From a virus, in IMG/VR virus record IMGVR_UViG_3300021425_002093, positions 79,935 through 143,934 of that record: a stretch of DNA of 64,000 bases; one strand, 5' to 3'. Every line of letters starts with the position of its first letter. The first letter of the stretch is position 1. Positions 55,306-64,000 of this stretch are shown here, piece by piece. A model generated the notes under the pieces. The model was not told the origin of the DNA and did not search any database. It saw only the letters and a list, made by a program, of their open reading frames with translations. The position numbers and the translations under genes are program-made.

Positions 55306-58014
55306 TTACGGTGATAACTGAATAGACCAGCCGACTGATCTTAAGAAACTTAGATTGGGTCCAGCAGACTGATCACCAAGAATCGCTGATTCCGTCAGAC
55401 CATTTTGGTTAATCAGATTAACTGAAACTCCCCCTCTCGGGTTCGCATTATAATTAGCCGCAAGATCATTGATAATGTTTACACCGTCAGATGCAGTCAA
55501 GTTATTGTTACTGAAGTCGATTGTTTGGATAATCAAGTTAGATGCAATTGCTCCGGCAGTATATCCAGTAAATTCATTTTGGTTTAGATAAAGACGTAAT
55601 AGTCTAGGACACTGATCGTATGTAGGAATAATAGCGCCTGTAGTAACACCAGTTTTCGATCCGTTCCCACCAATATCGTTTTGCTGTAAGTAAACATATC
55701 GAATATTAGTTCCACTAAATGCTGGAAGTGATGTGAATCTATTTCCAGCCAAGAATAGATAGTATAATCCGTTCGAATCAAAGGCTGGACACGCCCCAGT
55801 AAACTTGTTGTAATCCGCTCTTAGATAGTACAGTCTAAAGTTTGCGGCAAAAGAAGGCAGCGGTGCACTAGGAACATCATTCAACCTAGTACCAAACGAT
55901 GTGTTACGAATATAGATAACTCTCAGATTAGTGTTAGTGCTTAAGTCTGGAAGATCGCCACCAATGTTAATGTTATTATAGCAGTAAAGATATCCGAAGT
56001 TGGGTGTTTTTTCAAAAATAGTTCCGGCATCAGGTGCGCCAGTATTTACACTGAAAAAATCATCTCTTGCAAGATCTGGATTCGGATAGCTTGGGTTTCC
56101 GTGTAGACTTCCTGAGACTAAGAATACTCCCATGTTAGGAGTACCCACGAAAGAGTCGGAGCTAAATCTACCATACATTCTAGACCATCTAGTATCAAAT
56201 CGATAAAGTCTAGGTAGATTAGAGAATGTATTTTCTATATCGTCTTCGCAGTCTGTTGCATAGAAATTCATATAGTATAAGTTAGTGCAACCTTGAATTT
56301 TAGTATTCAATGTGCGTCCAGCGCCTTGTGCTTCTCCCGCTGGTTGCTGACCCAGCCCAACAGTAGCTACTGATTCCGAATCACTAAAAGTGGGCAAACC
56401 TCTGGAGTATCTGTGCCAATAATAAAAAATAGAGGTATTGCTATTGAAGTTAACAATGTTATGACTATTACTATATGAGTAGAAATAATCAATAGTTGGA
56501 GATGCAATTGTCAACGCTTTTTGTATAGGCGAAGCTGACGCATTAGGAACGTCTGCGTTGTTGTTGTCTCTCGCAGTTTCTCTTCTTACAATATCGCATA
56601 AAGTAATATCAAGTCTACTCAATGTAGTAGAATCGCATACTCCGTCTGCAAGTCTAGAATAAGGCTGTCTTGTAACATTATAGCTTACGATTCCTGGGTG
56701 AACTCTTGGCGAAGTGCCGTTTTTAGGCTCCGCAGCGTTAGCGAGATCGGTATCCGTCGAGCCAGTCATCGCACGAGCGGCATCACGAGTATAAAAAGTA
56801 TCCATTGATATCGTTGTTAAATTGGTCAGATAACGGAGATCAATTACTTCACTATCTGAAAACGTACCATTCATCGTTAATGACGTAAGAGTAGTAGGAA
56901 GATATTGTAGTTGCACATTTGCTGTAACTTGATCGCCGTTAGAATCTAGCGCTCTACTCATATTATTGCCTGTGAGTATAAGCGTTTGAAGATTTGGCGC
57001 AAGAGCAACGTTAGTTGTAATAGATCCGTAAGCGCCTGTACCCTGACCGAACTTAGGCATCTCAAAAAAATCGTTTAGTCTGATATCTAAGTATTCTAAG
57101 TTACTGATACTTACACTAGGCCAGTCGCTCAAATTTACACCTGTAATGTCAAGACGTAAAATTCTATCCGGCGGATAAAAGAACTCAATCTTTCTTGCTT
57201 TTGCGCCCGGATCTCGAAATGTATATACGCCTGGTGACGCTACAGTTCCTGTTCCGATTGGGGCTTTGATCGTACCATCACCAGAGTCGTAGCTAAATCC
57301 GTTATCTTCGTTGACAATTCTCCAAGTGGCGGGAATCGTTCCCAATCCATCAGTAAGACCTCCGCTATTCACAGCGCTACGGAAATCAGCATCTTTAAAA
57401 AACGCATCAAATTGAAGTGGAATTCCCTTCATGGCATATGCAGTTCTTTGTACAGTGCCCCCTCCGGCCGCTGTAAACTTCAAAGCAATTTCATGTGTAG
57501 CAACTTCCGCTCTGAAAGTTTTTTGAATGGGCGCTTGTGTAAGCCTAAAGCTACCTAGTTCTATCTTGTCTCCAGTAACTAGTAGCTCGCCACCGTAGAA
57601 TATCTTACCGGGCTCAGTTGATGACCAAGAAGAAATTCTCGATGTGGAAATGTCAGCAGACTTTTGTACGGGATTTAAAATATCGGAAAGATCAAGATAG
57701 TTATACTTAATCGCAGACCCAGACAACTTGTTGTCGATTGTCAAGTTAAAGTCGAACGGGTTTCTGAAATCTTGCAGAGACTCTAATCGTCCACCCACCT
57801 CTTTTGCTGATTCGGCGAGAGACACAAATTCTTTACGCTGATCGTCCTGTAGACCCGCTAGAAGACGAAGCTCCACGCCACTTACAACATCGCTAATCCC
57901 TCGAATAGCATCGAGATCTTGGATATTGATTCCCAAATTTTGTAAAGCCTCGTCTTTATCATCGACATCATTGAGGAATCGATTAACATTTAGTCCACGA
58001 AAAATTGTAGCCAT
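55306..58014 (-). CDS. Leucine-rich-repeat protein
   Basis: 902 aa; LxxLxLxxNxL/F repeats (NLEYLDIRLNDF, NLQTLILTGNNM, RLYYLRADYNKFTG, GLYYLFLAGNRF, RLLRLYLNQNEFTG, IQTIDFSNNNL). Confidence 0.85.
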   Translation of the reverse strand: MATIFRGLNVNRFLNDVDDKDEALQNLGINIQDLDAIRGISDVVSGVELRLLAGLQDDQRKEFVSLAESAKEVGGRLESLQDFRNPFDFNLTIDNKLSGSAIKYNYLDLSDILNPVQKSADISTSRISSWSSTEPGKIFYGGELLVTGDKIELGSFRLTQAPIQKTFRAEVATHEIALKFTAAGGGTVQRTAYAMKGIPLQFDAFFKDADFRSAVNSGGLTDGLGTIPATWRIVNEDNGFSYDSGDGTIKAPIGTGTVASPGVYTFRDPGAKARKIEFFYPPDRILRLDITGVNLSDWPSVSISNLEYLDIRLNDFFEMPKFGQGTGAYGSITTNVALAPNLQTLILTGNNMSRALDSNGDQVTANVQLQYLPTTLTSLTMNGTFSDSEVIDLRYLTNLTTISMDTFYTRDAARAMTGSTDTDLANAAEPKNGTSPRVHPGIVSYNVTRQPYSRLADGVCDSTTLSRLDITLCDIVRRETARDNNNADVPNASASPIQKALTIASPTIDYFYSYSNSHNIVNFNSNTSIFYYWHRYSRGLPTFSDSESVATVGLGQQPAGEAQGAGRTLNTKIQGCTNLYYMNFYATDCEDDIENTFSNLPRLYRFDTRWSRMYGRFSSDSFVGTPNMGVFLVSGSLHGNPSYPNPDLARDDFFSVNTGAPDAGTIFEKTPNFGYLYCYNNINIGGDLPDLSTNTNLRVIYIRNTSFGTRLNDVPSAPLPSFAANFRLYYLRADYNKFTGACPAFDSNGLYYLFLAGNRFTSLPAFSGTNIRYVYLQQNDIGGNGSKTGVTTGAIIPTYDQCPRLLRLYLNQNEFTGYTAGAIASNLIIQTIDFSNNNLTASDGVNIINDLAANYNANPRGGVSVNLINQNGLTESAILGDQSAGPNLSFLRSVGWSIQLSP

Positions 58015-61000
58015 TATTGTTCCTTCGAAGTCAAGCTCATTTCTATATTACCTGACGTAACGCCATCTGTAGACGTAGCGGTAAAGAAGATTGCTTTATT
58101 ATTTAGCTGACCTCTTGACAAAGACTTTCTATCGTAGTTAAAAATATTGTCAAGTCTAAATGTTTCCGGTTTATTCTCTTCAACGTAAAACGAGTATATC
58201 ACATTACCGGGTCGAAGTGGATTTTCAGTCTGCGAATCGTATCTTAACCCAGACAGCCTTTCAATATCTTTGAAGTTTGATGGGGGATTGTTTTCACTAG
58301 AGTTGCCAAATCGATCATATGTTAATGACTGAGATTCAGTTGTTCCTGTAATAAACTGTGGTGTATGAGTAAATCTAGCTTCAGGCGTAATCTCTTCCAC
58401 TGAAATATTGTTTACTGCAGCATAGTCTCGGAGCGCCATGACAAGATAGAAAGGCTGACTATTAAATCGCAAAGCCTTTCCTACAGTAAATTCTTGCTGA
58501 GTAAATCTTCTCTCGGGAGGATTAGCTGGATCAACTTCCACACCTGATGGGAAAGACGATAGCTCCCACTGATCTTCTAGTATTAACTGCTTAGTTTGAA
58601 CGCTTCCTGCATCTAAAATGTTCTGAATAGTAATGCCGGGTCCAGTATCTACTTGCCTAATTCTAATAAATCGATCTGTTCCGTCAAGCTCCGATTGACC
58701 AACGTAGAACCAGCCAGTGCCTTCGGTGTTAATTCCGACTTCTGACGTAAGAGATGTCGGATCTTCATCAAGCAATGAATTCGGCGGAAAACTTGATATA
58801 CTTGAAAAGTAAAGTCGATAGAGTCCGGTTGATTGTAGCTCTGATTGTGCTTGAGCTAAATCACTTTGAATATCATAGTCGCTAAACGTTACAGATCCTT
58901 TGAACGCTGCGATATATCCGTCATTGCCGCCATCGGGGGCTGGTTGACGAGAATCGATCATAAACCGCTCACCAAACGCAGGATCCCATTCTCGATACTC
59001 CGCTTTGTTAATAAAGTCAAATTGAGAATCGTAATGATGGTATTCGACAAATGGATTTAATTTAAGATCAATTTCTTTTGGTACTAAACCTGGATCTAGT
59101 GGATCTACAAACGCTAATCTCTGCTCTCCATTGTCACAGAAAGCAGTTTGAGGAACGGAAGATGTAAAGGTAAATCCGAAGTCTGCATAGTGATAGCTTG
59201 CGTATTCTGGATCTCTCGGATTTGGAACCATAAAGTGAACAATAAATTCATTGGCATAAATTGGTACAGTAGACGCAGTTATTGTATTATATGCACTCAC
59301 TCTTGCATCAAATCGATCACCAGCTTCAACAAGTGTTTGGCCATCAGTTTTAACAAATTTGCTAATTGTGTCTACACCGAGTAAATACTGTCTTCTTCTT
59401 AGTATTGCTGAAGAGAGTAATTGATCATTTAAAATTGCATTTGCTTCATACTGCAAATATACGTTGTATATACCATTCCCGATTAGTTTTGCTTCGTCTT
59501 CGGTTTCTTTAATTCCAGTTGTTTTGATTGACACTGCAGCAGAATCAGCATTACTGTCGTCTCCACCTGGGAATCCGTTTACTGTAATGTCTGGTTGAGC
59601 ATCGGGGAGGTATCGAATTGACAATTCATTATTTGGTTGATCGTAAGAAAGCACAAGATATCTTCCATCTTGCGATGTAGATCCACTTACAAGGATTTCA
59701 TCACCGGGCTGGAAAATAGAAAGATCTTCAGTCGGATGTTCTATATAACTAGCATCAAAAGTAAATCCGGTGACGTTGCTAATAGAAGGTAGCTCGCTTT
59801 CTCTCAGCGAAATGGAATCTATTGCAGGCTGATCCTCTGCTTGATTTCCACCCGCTCCTTCTGTACCAAAAATAAATGGAAGTTCTCTTGAAAATGGACT
59901 CTCCGCATTAATTAAACTTGGCTGAAATGTAAAGTGCTGCCCAGATGGAGCACCTACCACTTCTTCAATATCGATTCTTACATTTGTATCGGAAGCGACA
60001 GAAATTGTATCTGGGTACCCTTTCTTAAAGTTATCGATTTCAAATCCATCTTGATTTAAAATAGACTCTTTAGGTAGTATACCAATAATTGGTTTCCGAT
60101 TCAAGAACTCTTTTGAATCAGTCGTAAATGTCGAAAGCCTAATTGTTCCTTCATCGCCGCCATCGATGTAGTAAGAAGATCCATACTTGAAAACATATAG
60201 AGGCTGAAAGATTCTAGAAGTATCTGTAGCGTACAGAAGATACTTGAACTTCATATCTGGATTCTGCATGATCGGACCATCCATACCATTCTCAATAACG
60301 AGAGTGTGCATGAGAACCCAACGTGCTTCTCCGTTGTCTACGGGAACATATGCATAAAACTTTGCACCAATAGCGCCATACCACGAAAACTCAATTTTGT
60401 ACATGGTAACGTCTTCGAACGAAAGAATATAACCAGATGGGCCGGAACCATCTAGCTTATCTCCATTCCAATCACGTCTCTCAAACACAGTCTCCCATAA
60501 TGGATTTTCATTTCCAAGTCCTACAGGATACTTTAGAATCTGATCATCGAAATTTTTACCAAATCTATCTTCAAGTAACTCTTGAGGAAATGGGACAACA
60601 CTTCGACGTACAATGTTTAATCTTGAACCAACCAACTGAAACATATATTCATCAGTTGAGTTAGAGCATCCCCATTCGATATAGTTCGCTGAAGACTGAG
60701 GATCAGCCTGCAAACGAATACCAAATGTGAATCCAGAAATACGTCCGGGTTGATATCGATATGTGTTTTTACTTTCAAGAATTGCAAACGATTCCGCTGT
60801 AGAACTCGCACCAGGCCGACAGTTTTGAACAGCGAATGTTTGAATCGCATCAAAGTCCTCTGTATCTACGAAGTTTCCCGAAGATCCGCCAGTGAATCCA
60901 TCTGGCAATTGAGCAGTTCCGTCTTGAATTTCAATGAAAAGCTCTGTCCACTTTTCAATCTGATCAAACGATGATTGTAAATTTGGACCGTAGTCTACGT

Positions 61001-61754
61001 CAAAATAATCTTGAGCATTTAGGAGAAATCCGCTTGTTCTATCTCCTATAGTATACTGAAATTCACCAGCATCAATATTGATAACATCACCATTGGTATT
61101 TGCTACAATTTGAATATCGTCATCTAAGAAGTATAACTCAGCAAAAGCGCCCGCAGACGATCCGGAGAATCTTTTATATAAAACTTTACCGAGAGCGATA
61201 AAGTTCATATAGTTTCTAAACTGAGAGCCTGGCTCATCTTCTCTGCTTTCAATAGGACCACGTGGAAATGTGTACTGTGTAGGAAAAGATTCTAAATAAA
61301 GCGCTTGCTCTTCAGTGCCCTCGTAGAAATCAGGATATCGTCTTCGACCAAATTTAGTGTTCTCTTTAGTGAACCATTCAATAGGATACTTTGTTGGTGA
61401 GCTGAATGTGTAGTAGTTCCAATTATCTTCATCTAGACCATATGTAGATACATCAGAAAAAAGACTCAATTGTTCTTCACCACGAGGAACGCCTAGTAGT
61501 GAGCTACTAACCTCAGACTCTAATGGAAACTGCTCAACGACAGGAATGGATTGCTCTTTTCCTGTATTATTTGCGACAGTTGATAGTGCGGCTTCAGCCC
61601 GAGCGAAAGACCCAAGAATAGCATCCTCTTCTGTAAGCAGAGGGTTCCCCGCTGAATCAGTAAGGGGAATACCCTCGATATCGACGAGTTGAGGAAACTG
61701 TTTGGTTACAGGGGCTGGTACCTTGTCATAACCAATCTGTATTTGCTTTGGCAT
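58014..61754 (-). CDS. Large virion structural protein with a beta-sandwich core
   Basis: 1246 aa; YRYQPGRISGFTFG, VTMYKIEFSWYGAIGA.FYAYVPVDNGEARWV, KYGSSYYIDGGD.GTIRL. Confidence 0.75.
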   Translation of the reverse strand: MPKQIQIGYDKVPAPVTKQFPQLVDIEGIPLTDSAGNPLLTEEDAILGSFARAEAALSTVANNTGKEQSIPVVEQFPLESEVSSSLLGVPRGEEQLSLFSDVSTYGLDEDNWNYYTFSSPTKYPIEWFTKENTKFGRRRYPDFYEGTEEQALYLESFPTQYTFPRGPIESREDEPGSQFRNYMNFIALGKVLYKRFSGSSAGAFAELYFLDDDIQIVANTNGDVINIDAGEFQYTIGDRTSGFLLNAQDYFDVDYGPNLQSSFDQIEKWTELFIEIQDGTAQLPDGFTGGSSGNFVDTEDFDAIQTFAVQNCRPGASSTAESFAILESKNTYRYQPGRISGFTFGIRLQADPQSSANYIEWGCSNSTDEYMFQLVGSRLNIVRRSVVPFPQELLEDRFGKNFDDQILKYPVGLGNENPLWETVFERRDWNGDKLDGSGPSGYILSFEDVTMYKIEFSWYGAIGAKFYAYVPVDNGEARWVLMHTLVIENGMDGPIMQNPDMKFKYLLYATDTSRIFQPLYVFKYGSSYYIDGGDEGTIRLSTFTTDSKEFLNRKPIIGILPKESILNQDGFEIDNFKKGYPDTISVASDTNVRIDIEEVVGAPSGQHFTFQPSLINAESPFSRELPFIFGTEGAGGNQAEDQPAIDSISLRESELPSISNVTGFTFDASYIEHPTEDLSIFQPGDEILVSGSTSQDGRYLVLSYDQPNNELSIRYLPDAQPDITVNGFPGGDDSNADSAAVSIKTTGIKETEDEAKLIGNGIYNVYLQYEANAILNDQLLSSAILRRRQYLLGVDTISKFVKTDGQTLVEAGDRFDARVSAYNTITASTVPIYANEFIVHFMVPNPRDPEYASYHYADFGFTFTSSVPQTAFCDNGEQRLAFVDPLDPGLVPKEIDLKLNPFVEYHHYDSQFDFINKAEYREWDPAFGERFMIDSRQPAPDGGNDGYIAAFKGSVTFSDYDIQSDLAQAQSELQSTGLYRLYFSSISSFPPNSLLDEDPTSLTSEVGINTEGTGWFYVGQSELDGTDRFIRIRQVDTGPGITIQNILDAGSVQTKQLILEDQWELSSFPSGVEVDPANPPERRFTQQEFTVGKALRFNSQPFYLVMALRDYAAVNNISVEEITPEARFTHTPQFITGTTESQSLTYDRFGNSSENNPPSNFKDIERLSGLRYDSQTENPLRPGNVIYSFYVEENKPETFRLDNIFNYDRKSLSRGQLNNKAIFFTATSTDGVTSGNIEMSLTSKEQ
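60314..60347. repeat. 34-bp exact direct repeat, copy 1 (copy 2 at 63047-63080)
   Basis: gaacccaacgtgcttctccgttgtctacgggaac is present in both paralogous genes. Confidence 0.9.
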
Positions 61755-61757
61755 AGA

Positions 61758-64000
61758 TCACTGCTCTTCCCACGTTATTCCTATACTTATATTGTCATCT
61801 AGATCGTTTTCCGCTGTATCAGAGTCAACAGCAAGATACAAAGATTCCGTAGTATCAGTAAGTGGGAATGACAAATATTCTTTGTTATAATCGAAGTATG
61901 ACGCCAAATCAAATTGCTCAGTTCCTTGCTGTAGATAAACTGTCGCTACGTTAATTCCAGTACCGGGTATAGGAACAACGGGATCAGTTGCAATCAAGAT
62001 AGAACTCAGTCCTTCCTTCTCTTCAGTGACTTTAGTCGTTGTGGTGTACTCAACACCTCCGACATCAAATCGCTTATCAGGTAGGAATGCATCAAGCGTT
62101 AATGTAATTACACCGCTAAATGTTGTTTTAGCATCGAAATAATATTCATCCGCTTCTTTGTACAACCGACCGAATACTGTGACAGAAGAAGTCGAATCAA
62201 TCAGCGCTCTGAACCAGCCGTAAATTTCTTCTCCGTTTGCCATGTATGTTCCAGCGCCACCAGACTCAGTAACGTCGAGCGGAAGATTAGCTGAAGTGAT
62301 ATCATACAAAGATGCAATTGTCAGCGTACCATTGGGCTGTACTTCAGTCTGGAAAATTGGAGTCTTTCTCATTCTCAAACGAACAGGGTTGTTACCGATG
62401 TTTGAAGTAGACATCTTAGTGGGATAAACCTGAACTCTGTTACGAACAGCGTTACCTTCTTCCGTACTTAAAATAACTCGCTTTGTTTCAAGACCGTAAA
62501 CATTGGTTGCACGATCAGCGATCAAGGTAAAGTTGCTAACAGTTGTGTCCTGCGGAGCGGAAGACAGAATAAGCTTACCAGTCGATCCTGAGTCTAATCC
62601 ATTTGCATAAATTACTCGAATGTTTTGATCAGCCGCATTGGTTGTCTTTAGCAATGCTCCCATGAAATACGTCGAGTTAATAGTATCGTTTGACGTTCCG
62701 CTGAGATTAAGTGTAATAGCAGGACCATCTGGATCAGCCGCATTGTATGTGCTTGTACCATTAGACAATGCCCAGTTCTTGCCTGCGGCTGGAACGAGAC
62801 TTTCATTGTTGTGAGAGTAAAGTCTTACTGTTCCTCTATCTCCACCATCGATATAGTAAGAAGCACCATACTTTACAATGTTGTGAGAGTTTGTTTCGTA
62901 GTTTGCTCCGGCTGGTGTCAAAGACTCTTCTTCATCGCCGAGTGCAAGCGTATCACCACCGCCGTATACATTATACGTGATTGGAAGTGTAGCGTTACCA
63001 AGCGAAGCAATCTTCAACTGATTCGACGCTCTCAAGTGATGGACTCGAACCCAACGTGCTTCTCCGTTGTCTACGGGAACGTATGCTAAGAACAATGCAC
63101 CTACCGCACCGTACCATGAGAATTCAATCTTAAGCATCGTCACTTTCGTGAAGTCAAAGCTATACAAACTATCGGCTGTAGCAATCTGTCCGCCCGGTGC
63201 ATATGCTTGTCCGGGTCGAACGATACCAGTATCACCAGTTGCTACGTCACTGTATACTCGATATCCATGCTTGGCCGATGAGTTTGACTTTCCGTCAAGT
63301 TTGTCGAAACTATATCGACTTCTTGGAACTCGATATTCATATACGCCCCAGAATTCTGGCTTGACGTTATTTTTAACCCAGTTAATATACTCGGGAATAA
63401 AGTTAACAGCATCAATTTGCTTTCGTAGCTCAAGCGCCTCCTGCTGATTTGTAATCGCCCATGCTGTGTTAATAAACCCAACGAGAAGTCCACTTTCAGC
63501 GACCGCTTGTGCATCCGCAGTGCTTGTGGGCATATAGCCATCACTTGAGTATTGATAAGGGAACATCATTCCTTCTGGGAATGGATCCGCTGATTCTTGG
63601 ATTGGGTTACCAGAGCCTCCAAGCCCAACCGGACGATAGATATCTGGATCATATCCATTGTATGTAACGTTACCTGTTGTTACAGCCTTATCGGGCATTA
63701 AGAAAGGAACAACTGTCTCGAAGAAGACATTTGCGGGATTGCCACCATTCGCTTCCGCTGTTGCAAACTGAGCTTGAGTAAAGTTAATTGCTGTTACTCC
63801 ATCCGTAGACTTCAAAGTAAACTCATTACCCTTCGGGCCAACTACAGAATCTACTTGATAAATTGCACCAGGCTCTAAGCCTCCAATAGTCGCAACTGTA
63901 TCTCCGGCTTGAGCGAATCGAACGTGTTGTCCAAATGTTACTTTACCTTCAGTTAACTTCAACTGATTATCAGTATCACATACAACTCGAATCTTCTTCT
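61758..64000 (-). CDS. Large virion structural protein, paralogue of the 1246-aa protein (5' truncated)
   Basis: The frame stays open from 63962 to the window edge (KKIRVVCDTDNQ before the TTG); VTMLKIEFSWYGAVGALFLAYVPVDNGEARWV, KYGASYYIDGGDRGTVRL; ends ITWEEQ. Confidence 0.8.
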   Translation of the reverse strand, partial: KKIRVVCDTDNQLKLTEGKVTFGQHVRFAQAGDTVATIGGLEPGAIYQVDSVVGPKGNEFTLKSTDGVTAINFTQAQFATAEANGGNPANVFFETVVPFLMPDKAVTTGNVTYNGYDPDIYRPVGLGGSGNPIQESADPFPEGMMFPYQYSSDGYMPTSTADAQAVAESGLLVGFINTAWAITNQQEALELRKQIDAVNFIPEYINWVKNNVKPEFWGVYEYRVPRSRYSFDKLDGKSNSSAKHGYRVYSDVATGDTGIVRPGQAYAPGGQIATADSLYSFDFTKVTMLKIEFSWYGAVGALFLAYVPVDNGEARWVRVHHLRASNQLKIASLGNATLPITYNVYGGGDTLALGDEEESLTPAGANYETNSHNIVKYGASYYIDGGDRGTVRLYSHNNESLVPAAGKNWALSNGTSTYNAADPDGPAITLNLSGTSNDTINSTYFMGALLKTTNAADQNIRVIYANGLDSGSTGKLILSSAPQDTTVSNFTLIADRATNVYGLETKRVILSTEEGNAVRNRVQVYPTKMSTSNIGNNPVRLRMRKTPIFQTEVQPNGTLTIASLYDITSANLPLDVTESGGAGTYMANGEEIYGWFRALIDSTSSVTVFGRLYKEADEYYFDAKTTFSGVITLTLDAFLPDKRFDVGGVEYTTTTKVTEEKEGLSSILIATDPVVPIPGTGINVATVYLQQGTEQFDLASYFDYNKEYLSFPLTDTTESLYLAVDSDTAENDLDDNISIGITWEEQ
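63047..63080. repeat. 34-bp exact direct repeat, copy 2
   Basis: Identical to 60314-60347. Confidence 0.9.

Overview
The window is part of the late (virion morphogenesis) region of a large T4-like myovirus. Gene order and the absence of gp24/hoc/soc next to gp23 resemble marine cyanophage/pelagiphage-type relatives rather than enterobacterial T4; the host cannot be determined from this window. Almost everything is on the minus strand. In transcription order (right to left): a block of large accessory structural genes (two paralogous beta-sandwich proteins, an LRR protein, one inverted paralogue), about 28 kb of tail-fibre/adhesin genes (three paralogous S74-chaperone fibres), then the core gp13-14-15-16-17-18-19-20, an unexpected ~9.6 kb six-gene insert, then gp67-68-21-22-23-3-uvsY. 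T4-type late promoters (TATAAATA) and intrinsic terminators punctuate the region. I found no tRNA, rRNA, CRISPR array, integrase, intron or intein. Most notable: (1) a portal-coupled cassette (collagen plus motif-sharing subunits) that looks like a dedicated appendage/filament system; (2) two phycobiliprotein-like domains that keep the chromophore Cys-x-Arg-Asp motif inside a fibre protein; (3) an apparent gene-order docking code for a branched, multi-tip fibre; (4) a repeated GGGGAG..GGAACC leader in front of non-ATG starts; (5) a palindromic bidirectional late promoter beside the only plus-strand gene. All product calls come from motif recognition and synteny, not from database searches.
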